From positions 166,780,001 to 166,844,000 of the forward strand of contig OZ024742.1 of NCBI GenBank assembly GCA_964016885.1: a stretch of DNA of 64,000 bases, written 5' to 3'. The stretch is from Eledone cirrhosa (taxonomy: Eukaryota). A model generated the notes under the pieces. It saw only the letters and a program-made list of their open reading frames with translations. It was not told where the DNA came from and did no database searches. Below, piece by piece: positions 24,090 through 36,500 of this stretch. The translations under genes were made by a program, and so were the position numbers. Numbering within the stretch: position 1 is the stretch's first letter; every line of letters starts with the position of its first letter.

Positions 24090-27000
24090 GTAAAAAAAAA
24101 TCAGGGGGAGATAATTTGTAAAAAAAAAATCAGGGGGAGATAATTTGTAAAAAAAATCAAGGGGAGATAATTTCCAGCCGTCCAAGGAGAGATAATTTTT
24201 AAAAAAAATCAGGCGAAGATAATTTGTAAAAAAAAATCAAGGGGAGATAATTTGTAAAAAAAAATCAGGGGGAGATAATTTGTAAAAAAATCAAGGGGAG
24301 ATAATTTCCAGCCGTCCAAGGGAAGATAATTTCCAGCACTCCAAGGGGCTATAATTTCCAGTGTCCAAGGGGAGATAATTTCCAGCCAGCGAAGGGGAGA
24401 TAATTTTTTTAAAAAAATCAGGGGGAGATATGTAAAAAAAATCAGAGGGAGATAATTTCTAAAAAAAATCAAAGGGAGATAATTTCCAGCCGTCCAAAGA
24501 GAGATAATTTCTAGCCGTCCAAGGGGAGATAATTTCCAGCCAAGGGGAGATAATTTCCAGCCGTCCAAGGGGAGATAATTATTTAAAAAATCAGGTGGAG
24601 ATAATTTGTAAAAAAAATCAGGGGGAGATAATTTGTAAAAACAAAATCAAGGGCAGATAATTTCCAGCTGTCCAAGGGGAGATAATTTCCAGCCGTGCAA
24701 GGGGAGATAATTTCCAGCCGTCCAAGGGGAGATAATTTCCATCCTTCCAAGGGGAGATAATCTCCAGCCGTCCAAGGGGAGATAATTTCCCGCCAGCCAA
24801 GGGAAGATAATTTTTAAAAAAATCAGGCGGAGATTGTAAAAAAAATCAGGGGGAGATAATTTGTAAAAAAATCAGGGGGAGATAATTTGTAAAAAAAAAA
24901 TCAGGGGAGATAATTTGTAAAAAAAAATCAGGGGGAGATAATTTGTAAAAAAAAAATCAGGGGGAGATAATTTGTAAAAAAAATCAGGGGTAGATAATTT
25001 GTAAAAAAAAATCAGGGGGAGATAATTTGTAAAAAAAAATCAGTGGGAGATAATTTGTAAAAAAATCAAGGGGAGATAATATGCAGCCGTCCAAGGGGAG
25101 ATAATTTTCAGCCGTCCAAGGAGAGTTAATTTCTAGCCGTCCAAGGGGAGATAATTTCCAGCCGTCCAAGGGGAGATAATTTCCAGCCGTCCAAGGGGAG
25201 ATAGTTTTTTTAAAAAAATCAGGCTGAGATAATTTGTAAAAAAAAAATCAGGGGGAGATAATTTGTAAAAAAAAATCAGGGGGAGATAATTTGTAAAAAA
25301 AAATCAAGGGGAGATAATTTGTAAAAAAAATCAGGGGGAGATAATTAGTAAAAAAATCAAGGGGAGATAATTTCCAGCCGTCCAAGGGGAGGTAATATCT
25401 AGCCGTCCAAGGGGAGATAATTTCCAGCCGTCCAAGGGGAGATAATTTCCAGCCGTCCAAGGGTAGATAATATCCAGCCGTCCAAGTAGACATATTTTCC
25501 AGCCGTCCAAGGAGAGGTAATTTCTAGCCGTCCAAGGGGAGATAAATTCCAGCCTCCAAGGGGAGATAATTTCCAGCAAGCCAAGGGGAGATAATTTGTA
25601 AAAAAATCAGGGGGAGATAATTTGTAAAAAAAATCAGGGGGAGATAATTTGTAAAAAAAAATCAGGGGGAGATAATTTGTAAAAAAAATCAGGGGGAGAT
25701 AATTTGTAAAAAAAAATCAGGGGGAGATAATTTGTAAAAAAAAATCAGGGGGAGATAATTTGTAAAAAAAAATCAGGGGGAGATAATTTGTAAAAAAAAT
25801 CAAGGGGAGATAATTTCCAGCCGTCCAAGGGGAGATAATTTCCAGCCGTCCAAGGGGAGGTAATATCTAGCCGTCCAAGGGGAGATAATTTCCAGCCGTC
25901 CAAGAGGAGATAATTTCCAGCCGTCCAAGGGAAGATAATTTCAAGCCCTCCAAGGGGCTATAATTTCCAGTGTCCAAGGGGAGATAATTTCCAGCCAGCG
26001 AAGGGGAGATAATTTTTTTTTAAAAATCAGGGGGAGATTTGTAAAAAAAATCAGGGGGAGATAATTTGTAAAAAAAATCAAGGGGAGATAATTTCCAGCC
26101 GTCGAAGGGAAGATAATTTCCAGCCCTCCAAGGGGCTATAATTTCCAGCGTCCAAGGGGAGATAATTTCCAGCCAGCGAAGGGGAGATAATTTTTTTAAA
26201 AAAATCATTGGGAGATTTGTAAAAAAAATCAGGGAGAGATAATTTGTAAAAAAAATCAAGGGGAGATAATTTCCAGCCGTCCAAGGGGAGGTAATATCTA
26301 GCCGTCCAAGGGGAGATAATTTCCAGCCGTCCAAGGGGAGATAATTTCCAGCCGTCCAAGGGTAGATAATATCCAGCCGTCCAAGTAGACATTTTCCAGC
26401 CGTCCAAGGAGAGGTAATTTCTAGCCGTCCAAGGGGAGATAAATTCCAGCCTCCAAGGGGAGATAATTTCCAGCCAGCCAAGGGGAGATAATTTGTAAAA
26501 AAATCAGGGGGAGATAATTTGTAAAAAAATCAGGGGGAGATAATTTGTAAAAAAAAATCAGGGGGAGATAATTTGTAAAAAAAATCAAGGGGAGATAATT
26601 TGCAGCCGTCCAAGGGGAGATAATTTTCAGCCGTCCAAGGAGAGGTAATTTCTAGCCGTCCAAGGTGAGATAATATCCAGCCGTCCAAGGGGAGATAATT
26701 TCCAGCCGTCCAAGGGGAGATAATTTAAAAAAAAAAACAGGCGAAGATAATTTGTAAAAAAAAAATCAGGGGGAGATAATTTGTAAAAAAAAATCAGGGG
26801 GAGATAATTTGTAAAAAAAAATCAGAGGGAGGTAATTTGTAAAAAAAATCAAGGGGAGATAATTTCCAGCCGTCCAAGGGAAGATAATTTCCAGCCGTCC
26901 AAGAAGAGATAATTTTAAAAAAAAATCAGGCGGAGATAATTTGTAAAAAAAATCAGGGGGAGATAATTTGTAAAAAAAAATCAGGGGGAGATAATTTGTA

Positions 27001-30000
27001 AAAAAAATCAAGGGGAGATAATTTCCAGCCGTCCAAGGGGAGATAATTTTCAGCCGTCCAAGGGGAGATAATTTCCAGCCGTCCAAGGGGAGATAATTTT
27101 AAAAAAAAATCAGGCGGAGATAATTTGTAAAAAAAATCAAGGGGAGATAATTTGCAACCGTCCAAGGGGACATAATTTTCAGTCGTCCAAGGAGAGGTAA
27201 TTTCTAGCCGTACAAGGGGAGATAATTTCCAGCCGTCCAAGGGGAGATAATTTCCAGCCGTCCAAGGGGAGACAATTTTTTTTTTAAAATCAGGCGGAGA
27301 TAATTTGTAAAAAAAAATCAGGGGGAGATAATTTGTAAAAAAAAAATCAGGGGGAGATAATTTGTAAAAAAAATCAAGGGGAGATAATTTCCAGCCGTCC
27401 AAGGAGAGATAATTTTTAAAAAAAATCAGGCGAAGATAATTTGTAAAAAAAAATCAAGGGGAGATAATTTGTAAAAAAAAATCAGGGGGAGATAATTTGT
27501 AAAAAAATCAAGGGGAGATAATTTCCAGCCGTCCAAGGGAAGATAATTTCCAGCACTCCAAGGGGCTATAATTTCCAGTGTCCAAGGGGAGATAATTTCC
27601 AGCCAGCGAAGGGGAGATAATTTTTTTAAAAAAATCAGGGGGAGATATGTAAAAAAAATCAGAGGGAGATAATTTCTAAAAAAAATCAAAGGGAGATAAT
27701 TTCCAGCCGTCCAAAGAGAGATAATTTCTAGCCGTCCAAGGGGAGATAATTTCCAGCCAAGGGGAGATAATTTCCAGCCGTCCAAGGGGAGATAATTATT
27801 TAAAAAATCAGGTGGAGATAATTTGTAAAAAAAATCAGGGGGAGATAATTTGTAAAAACAAAATCAAGGGCAGATAATTTCCAGCTGTCCAAGGGGAGAT
27901 AATTTCCAGCCGTGCAAGGGGAGATAATTTCCAGCCGTCCAAGGGGAGATAATTTCCATCCTTCCAAGGGGAGATAATCTCCAGCCGTCCAAGGGGAGAT
28001 AATTTCCCGCCAGCCAAGGGAAGATAATTTTTAAAAAAATCAGGCGGAGATTGTAAAAAAAATCAGGGGGAGATAATTTGTAAAAAAATCAGGGGGAGAT
28101 AATTTGTAAAAAAAAAATCAGGGGAGATAATTTGTAAAAAAAAATCAGGGGGAGATAATTTGTAAAAAAAAAATCAGGGGGAGATAATTTGTAAAAAAAA
28201 TCAGGGGTAGATAATTTGTAAAAAAAAATCAGGGGGAGATAATTTGTAAAAAAAAATCAGTGGGAGATAATTTGTAAAAAAATCAAGGGGAGATAATATG
28301 CAGCCGTCCAAGGGGAGATAATTTTCAGCCGTCCAAGGAGAGTTAATTTCTAGCCGTCCAAGGGGAGATAATTTCCAGCCGTCCAAGGGGAGATAATTTC
28401 CAGCCGTCCAAGGGGAGATAGTTTTTTTAAAAAAATCAGGCGGAGATAATTTGTAAAAAAAAAATCAGGGGGAGATAATTTGTAAAAAAAAATCAGGGGG
28501 AGATAATTTGTAAAAAAAAATCAAGGGGAGATAATTTGTAAAAAAAATCAGGGGGAGATAATTAGTAAAAAAATCAAGGGGAGATAATTTCCAGCCGTCC
28601 AAGGGGAGGTAATATCTAGCCGTCCAAGGGGAGATAATTTCCAGCCGTCCAAGGGGAGATAATTTCCAGCCGTCCAAGGGTAGATAATATCCAGCCGTCC
28701 AAGTAGACATATTTTCCAGCCGTCCAAGGAGAGGTAATTTCTAGCCGTCCAAGGGGAGATAAATTCCAGCCTCCAAGGGGAGATAATTTCCAGCAAGCCA
28801 AGGGGAGATAATTTGTAAAAAAATCAGGGGGAGATAATTTGTAAAAAAAATCAGGGGGAGATAATTTGTAAAAAAAAATCAGGGGGAGATAATTTGTAAA
28901 AAAAATCAGGGGGAGATAATTTGTAAAAAAAAATCAGGGGGAGATAATTTGTAAAAAAAAATCAGGGGGAGATAATTTGTAAAAAAAAATCAGGGGGAGA
29001 TAATTTGTAAAAAAAATCAAGGGGAGATAATTTCCAGCCGTCCAAGGGGAGATAATTTCCAGCCGTCCAAGGGGAGGTAATATCTAGCCGTCCAAGGGGA
29101 GATAATTTCCAGCCGTCCAAGAGGAGATAATTTCCAGCCGTCCAAGGGAAGATAATTTCAAGCCCTCCAAGGGGCTATAATTTCCAGTGTCCAAGGGGAG
29201 ATAATTTCCAGCCAGCGAAGGGGAGATAATTTTTTTTTAAAAATCAGGGGGAGATTTGTAAAAAAAATCAGGGGGAGATAATTTGTAAAAAAAATCAAGG
29301 GGAGATAATTTCCAGCCGTCGAAGGGAAGATAATTTCCAGCCCTCCAAGGGGCTATAATTTCCAGCGTCCAAGGGGAGATAATTTCCAGCCAGCGAAGGG
29401 GAGATAATTTTTTTAAAAAAATCATTGGGAGATTTGTAAAAAAAATCAGGGAGAGATAATTTGTAAAAAAAATCAAGGGGAGATAATTTCCAGCCGTCCA
29501 AGGGGAGGTAATATCTAGCCGTCCAAGGGGAGATAATTTCCAGCCGTCCAAGGGGAGATAATTTCCAGCCGTCCAAGGGTAGATAATATCCAGCCGTCCA
29601 AGTAGACATTTTCCAGCCGTCCAAGGAGAGGTAATTTCTAGCCGTCCAAGGGGAGATAAATTCCAGCCTCCAAGGGGAGATAATTTCCAGCCAGCCAAGG
29701 GGAGATAATTTGTAAAAAAATCAGGGGGAGATAATTTGTAAAAAAATCAGGGGGAGATAATTTGTAAAAAAAAATCAGGGGGAGATAATTTGTAAAAAAA
29801 ATCAAGGGGAGATAATTTGCAGCCGTCCAAGGGGAGATAATTTTCAGCCGTCCAAGGAGAGGTAATTTCTAGCCGTCCAAGGTGAGATAATATCCAGCCG
29901 TCCAAGGGGAGATAATTTCCAGCCGTCCAAGGGGAGATAATTTAAAAAAAAAAACAGGCGAAGATAATTTGTAAAAAAAAAATCAGGGGGAGATAATTTG

Positions 30001-30525
30001 TAAAAAAAAATCAGGGGGAGATAATTTGTAAAAAAAAATCAGAGGGAGGTAATTTGTAAAAAAAATCAAGGGGAGATAATTTCCAGCCGTCCAAGGGAAG
30101 ATAATTTCCAGCCGTCCAAGAAGAGATAATTTTAAAAAAAAATCAGGCGGAGATAATTTGTAAAAAAAATCAGGGGGAGATAATTTGTAAAAAAAAATCA
30201 GGGGGAGATAATTTGTAAAAAAAATCAAGGGGAGATAATTTCCAGCCGTCCAAGGGGAGATAATTTTCAGCCGTCCAAGGGGAGATAATTTCCAGCCGTC
30301 CAAGGGGAGATAATTTTAAAAAAAAATCAGGCGGAGATAATTTGTAAAAAAAATCAAGGGGAGATAATTTGCAACCGTCCAAGGGGACATAATTTTCAGT
30401 CGTCCAAGGAGAGGTAATTTCTAGCCGTACAAGGGGAGATAATTTCCAGCCGTCCAAGGGGAGATAATTTCCAGCCGTCCAAGGGGAGACAATTTTTTTT
30501 TTAAAATCAGGCGGAGATAATTTGT
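24090..30525 (+). repeat. Tandem duplication of a 3217-bp unit (about 24090-27306 and 27307-30525)
   Basis: The offset is a constant 3217 for 24209/27426, 24618/27835, 24984/28201, 25248/28465, 26020/29237, 26766/29983 and 26953/30170. Shared variants include AGGCGAAGAT, AAGAAGAG and GGGAGACAATT. Boundaries are accurate to within a few monomers. Confidence 0.9.
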
Positions 30526-33500
30526 AAAAAAAAATCAGGGGGAGATAATTTGTAAAAAAAAATCAGGGGGAGATAATTTGTAAAAAAAAATCAGGGGGAG
30601 ATAATTTGTAAAAAAATCAAGGGGAGATAATTTCCAGCCGTCCAAGGGAAGATAATTTCCAGCCCTCCAAGGGGCTATAATTTCCAGCGTCCAAGGGGAG
30701 ATAATTTCCAGCCAGCGAAGGGGAGATAATTGTTTCAAAAAAATCATTGGGAGATTTGTAAAAAAAATCAGGGGGAGATAATTAATAAAAAAAATCAAGG
30801 GGAGATAATTTCCAGCCGTCCAAGGGGAGGTAATATCTAGCCGTCCAAGGGGAGATAATTTCCAGCCGTCCAAGGGGAGATAATTTCCAGCCGTCCAAGG
30901 GTAGATAATATCCAGCCGTCCAAGGGGACATATTTTCCAGCCGTCCAAGGAGAGGTAATTTCTAGCCGTCCAAGGGGAGATAAATTCCAGCCTCCAAGGG
31001 GAGATAATTTCCAGCCAGCCAAGGGGAGATAATTTGTAAAAAAATCAGGGGGAGATAATTTGTAAAAAAAATCAGGGGTAGATAATTTGTAAAAAAAAAT
31101 CAGGGGGAGATAATTTGTAAAAAAAATCAGGGGGAGATAATTTGTAAAAACAAAATCAAGGGCAGATAATTTCCAGCTGTCCAAGGGGAGATAATTTCCA
31201 GCCGTGCAAGGGGAGATAATTTCCAGCCGTCCAAGGGGAGATAATTTCCATCCTTCCAAGGGGAGATAATCTCCAGCCGTCCAAGGGGAGATAATTTCCC
31301 GCCAGCCAAGGGAAGATAATTTTTAAAAAAATCAGGCGGAGATTGTAAAAAAAATCAGGGGAGATAATTTGTAAAAAAATCAGGGGGAGATAATTTGTTA
31401 AAAAAAAATCAGGGGAGATAATTTGTAAAAAAAAATCAGGGGGAGATAATTTGTAAAAAAAAATCAGGGGGAGATAATTTGTAAAAAAAATCAGGGGTAG
31501 ATAATTTGTAAAAAAAAATCAGGGGGAGATAATTTGTAAAAAAAAATCAGGAGGAGATAATTTGTAAAAAAATCAAGGGGAGATAATATGCAGCCGTCCA
31601 AGGGGAGATAATTTTCAGCCGTCCAAGGAGAGGTAATTTCTAGCCGTCCAAGGGGAGATAATTTCCAGCCGTCCAAGGGGAGATAATTTCCAGCCGTCCA
31701 AGGGGAGATAGTTTTTTTCAAAAAATCAGGCGGAGATAATTTGTAAAAAAAAAATCAGGGGGAGATAATTTGTAAAAAAAAATCAGGGGGAGATAATTTG
31801 TAAAAAAAATCAGGGGGAGATAATTTGTAAAAAAAATCAAGGGGAGATAATTTCCAGCCGTCCAAGGGAAGATAATTTCAAGCCCTCCAAGGGGCTATAA
31901 TTTCCAGTGTCCAAGGGGAGATAATTTCCAGCCAGCGAAGGGGAGATCATTTTTTTTTAAAAATCAGGGGGAGATTTGTAAAAAAAATCAGGGGGAGATA
32001 ATTTGTAAAAAAAATCAAAGGGAGATAATTTCCAGCCGTCCAAAGAGAGATAATTTCTAGCCGTCCAAGGGGAGATAATTTCGAGCCAAGGGGAGATAAT
32101 TTCCAGCCGTCCAAGGGGAGATAATTTTTTAAAAAATTAGGTGGAGATAATTTGTAAAAAAAATCAGGGGGAGATAATTTGTAAAAACAAAATCAAGGGC
32201 AGATAATTTCCAGCTGTCCAAGGGGAGATAATTTCCAGCCGTGCAAGGGGAGATAATTTCCAGCCGTCCAAGGGGAGATAATTTCCCGCCAGCCAAGAGA
32301 AGATAATTTTTTAAAAAATCAGGCGGAGATTGTAAAAAAAATCAGGGGGAGATAATTTGTAAAAAAATCAGGGGGAGATAATTTGTAAAAAAATCAAGGG
32401 GAGATAATTTCCAGCTGTCCAAGGGGAGGTAATATCTAGCCGTCCAAGGGGAGATAATTTCCAGCCGTCCAAGGGGAGATAATTTCCAGCCGTCCAAGGG
32501 TAGATAATATCCAGCCGTCCAAGGAGACATATTTTCCAGCCGTCCAAGGAGAGGTAATTTCTAGCCGTCCAAGTGGAGATAAATTCCAGCCTCCAAGGGG
32601 AGATAATTTCCAGCCAGCCAAGGGGAGATAATTTGTAAAAAAATCAGGGGGAGATAATTTGTAAAAAAAATCAGGGGTAGATAATTTGTAAAAAAAAATC
32701 AGGGGGAGATAATTTGTAAAAAGAATCAAGGGGAGATAATTTGCAGCCGTCCAAGGGGAGATAATTTTTAGCCGTCCAAGGAGAGGTAATTTCTAGCCGT
32801 CCAAGGTGAGATAATATCCAGCCGTCCAAGGGGAGATAATTTCCAGCCGTCCAAGAGGAGATAATTTTTAAAAAAAAACAGGCGGAGATAATTTGTAAAA
32901 AAAAAATCAGGGTGAGATAATTTGTAAAAAAAAATCAGGGGGAGATAATTTGTAAAAAAAAATCAGGGGGAGGTAATTTATAAAAAAAATCAAGGGGAGA
33001 TAATTTCCAGCCGTCCAAGGGAAGATAATTTCCAGCCCTCCAAGGGGCTATAATTTCCAGCGTCCAAGGGGAGATAATTTCCAGCCAGCGAAGGGGAGAT
33101 AATTTTTTTTTTTTTAATCAGGGGGACATAATTTGTAAAAAAAATAAGGGGGAGATAATTTGTAAAAAAAATCAAGGGGAGATAATTTGTAAAAAAAAAT
33201 CAGGGGGAGATAATTTGTAAAAAAAAATCAGGGGGAGATAATTTGTAAAAAAAATCAAGGGGAGATAATTTCCAGCCGTCCAAGGGGAGATAATTTTCAG
33301 CCGTCCAAGGGGAGATAATTTCCCGCCAGCCAAGGGAAGATAATATTTAAAAAAATCAGGCGGAGATAATTTGTAAAAAAAATCAGGGGGAGATAGTTTG
33401 TAAAAAAATCAGGGGGAGATAATTTGTAAAAAAAAATCAGGGGGAGATTTGTAAAAAAAATCAGGGGGAGATAATTTGTAAAAAAAAATCAGGGGTAGAT

Positions 33501-36500
33501 AATTTGTAAAAAAAAATCAGGGGTAGATAATTTGTAAAAAAAAATCGGGGAGATAATTTGTAAAAAAAATCAATTGGAGATAATTTCCAGCCGTCCAAGG
33601 GGAGATAATTTTCAGCCGTCCAAGGAGAGGTAATTTCTAGACGTCCAAGGGGAGATAATTTCCAGCCGTCCAATGGGAGATAATTTCCAGCCGTCCAAGG
33701 GGAGATAATTTTTTAAAAAAAATCAGGCGGAGATAATTTGTAAAAAAAATCAAAGGGAGATAATTTCCAGCCGTCCAAAGAGAGATAATTTGCAGCCGTC
33801 CAAGGGGAGATAATTTTCAGTCGTCCAAGGAGAGGTAATTTCTAGCCGTCCAAGGGGAGATAATTTCCAGCCGTCCAAGGGGAGATAATTTCCAGCCGTC
33901 CAAGGGGAGATAATTTTTTTAAAAAAATCAGGCGGAGATAATTTGTAAAACAAATCAGGGGGAGATAATTTGTAAAAAAAAATCAGGGGGAGATAATTTG
34001 TAAAAAAAAATCAGGGGGAGATAATTTGTAAAAAAAATCAAGGAGAGATAATTTCCAGCCGTCCAAGGGAAGATAATTTCAAGCCCTCCAAGGGGCTATA
34101 ATTTCCAGTGTCCAAGGGGAGATAATTTCCAGCCAGCGAAGAGGAGATAATTTTTTTTTTTAAATCAGGGGGAGATTTGTAAAAAAAATCAAGGGGAGAC
34201 AATTTGTAAAAAAAATCAAAGGGAGATAATTTCCAGCCGTCCAAAGAGAGATAATTTCTAGCCGTCCAAGGGGAGATAATTTCGAGCCAAGGTGGAGATA
34301 ATTTCCAGCCGTACAAGGGGAGATAATTTTTTAAAAAATCAGGTGGAGATAATTTGTAAAAAAAATCAGGGGGAGATAATTTGTAAAAACAAAATCAAGG
34401 GCAGATAATTTCCAGCTGTCCAAGGGGAGATAATTTCCAGCCGTGCAAGGGGAGATAATTTCCAGCCGTCCAAGGGGAGATAATTTCCATCCTTCCAAGG
34501 GGAGATAATTTCCAGCCGTCCAAGGGGAGATAATTACCCGCCAGCCAAGGGAAGATAATTTTTTACAAAATCAGGCGGAGATTGTAAAAAAAATCAGGGG
34601 GAGATAATTTGTAAAAAAATCAGGGGGAGATAATTTGTAAAAAAATCAAGGGGAGATAATTTCCAGCCGTCCAAGGGGAGGTAATATCTAGCCGTCCAAG
34701 GGGAGATAATTTCCAGCCGTCCAAGGGGAGATAATTTCCAGCCGTCCAAGGGTAGATAATATCCAGCCGTCCAAGGAGACATATTTTCCAGCCGTCCAAG
34801 GAGAGGTAATTTCTAGCCGTCCAAGGGGAGATAAATTCCAGCCTCCAAGGGGACATAATTTCCAGCCAGCCAAGGGGAGATAATTTGTAAAAAAATCAGG
34901 GGGAGATAATTTTTAAAAAAAATCAGGGGGAGATAATTTGTAAAAAAAAATCAGGGGGAGATAATTTGTAAAAAAAATCAGGGGGAGATAATTTGTAAAA
35001 AAAATCAAGGGGAGATAATTTCCAGCCGTCCAAGGGGAGATAATTTTCAGCCGTCCAAGGGGAGATAATTTCCCGCCAGCCAAGGGAAGATAATATTTAA
35101 AAAATGAGGCGGAGATAATTTGTAAAAAAAATCAGGGGGAGATAATTTGTAAAAAAATCAGGGGGAGATAATTTGTAAAAAAAAATCAGGGGGAGATAAT
35201 TTGTAAAAAAAATCAGGGGGAGATAATTTGTAAAAAAAATCAGGGGTAGATAATTTGTAAAAAAAAATCAGGGGGAGATAATTTGTAAAAAAAATCAAGG
35301 GGAGATAATTTCCAGCCGTCCAAGGGAAGATAATTTCAAGCCCTCCAAGGGGCTATAATTTCCAGTGTCCAAGGGGAGATAATTTCCAGCCAGCGAAGGG
35401 GAGATAATTTTTTTTTAAAAATCAGGGGGAGATTTGTAAAAAAAATCAGGGGGAGATAATTTGTAAAAAAAATCAAGGGGAGATAATTTCCAGCCGTCGA
35501 AGGGAAGATAATTTCCAGCCCTCCAAGGGGCTATAATTTCCAGCGTCCAAGGGGAGATAATTTCCAGCCAGCGAAGGGGAGATAATTTTAAAAAAAAAAT
35601 CATTGGGAGATTTGTAAAAAAAATCAGGGAGAGATAATTTGTAAAAAAAATCAAGGGGAGATAATTTCCAGCCGTCCAAGGGGAGGTAATATCTAGCCGT
35701 CCAAGGGGAGATAATTTCCAGCCGTCCAAGGGGAGATAATTTCCAGCCGTCCAAGGGTAGATAATATCCAGCCGTCCAAGTAGACATTTTCCAGCCGTCC
35801 AAGGAGAGGTAATTTCTAGCCGTCCAAGGGAAGATAAATTCCAGCCTCCAAGGGGAGATAATTTCCAGCCAGCCAAGGGGAGATAATTTGTAAAAAAATC
35901 AGGGGGAGATAATTTGTAAAAAAAATCAGGGGGAGATAATTTGTAAAAAAAAATCATGGGGAGATAATTTGTAAAAAAAAATCAGGGGGAGATAATTTGT
36001 AAAAAAAAATCAGGGGGAGATAATTTGTAAAAAAAATCAAGGGGAGATAATTTCCAGCCGTCCAAGGGGAGATAATTTCCAGGCGTCCAAGGGGAGATAA
36101 TTTCCATCCTTCCAAGGGGAGATAATTTCCAGCCTTCCAAGGGGAGATAATTTTCAGCCGTCCAAGGGGAGATAATTTCCCGCCAGCCAAGGGAAGATAA
36201 TATTTTAAAAAATCAGCCGGAGGTAATTTGTAAAAAAAATCAGGGGGAGATAATTTGTAAAAAAATCAGGGGGAGATAATTTGTAAAAAAAATCAGGGGG
36301 AGATAATTTGTAAAAAAAAATCAGGGGGAGATAATTTGTAAAAAAAAATCAGGGGGAGATAATTTGTAAAAAAAAATCAGGGGGAGATAATTTGTAAAAA
36401 AAATCAAGGGGAGATAATTTCCAGCCGTCCAAGGGGAGATAATTTCCAGCCGTCCAAGGGGAGGTAATATCTAGCCGTCCAAGGGGAGATAATTTCCAGC

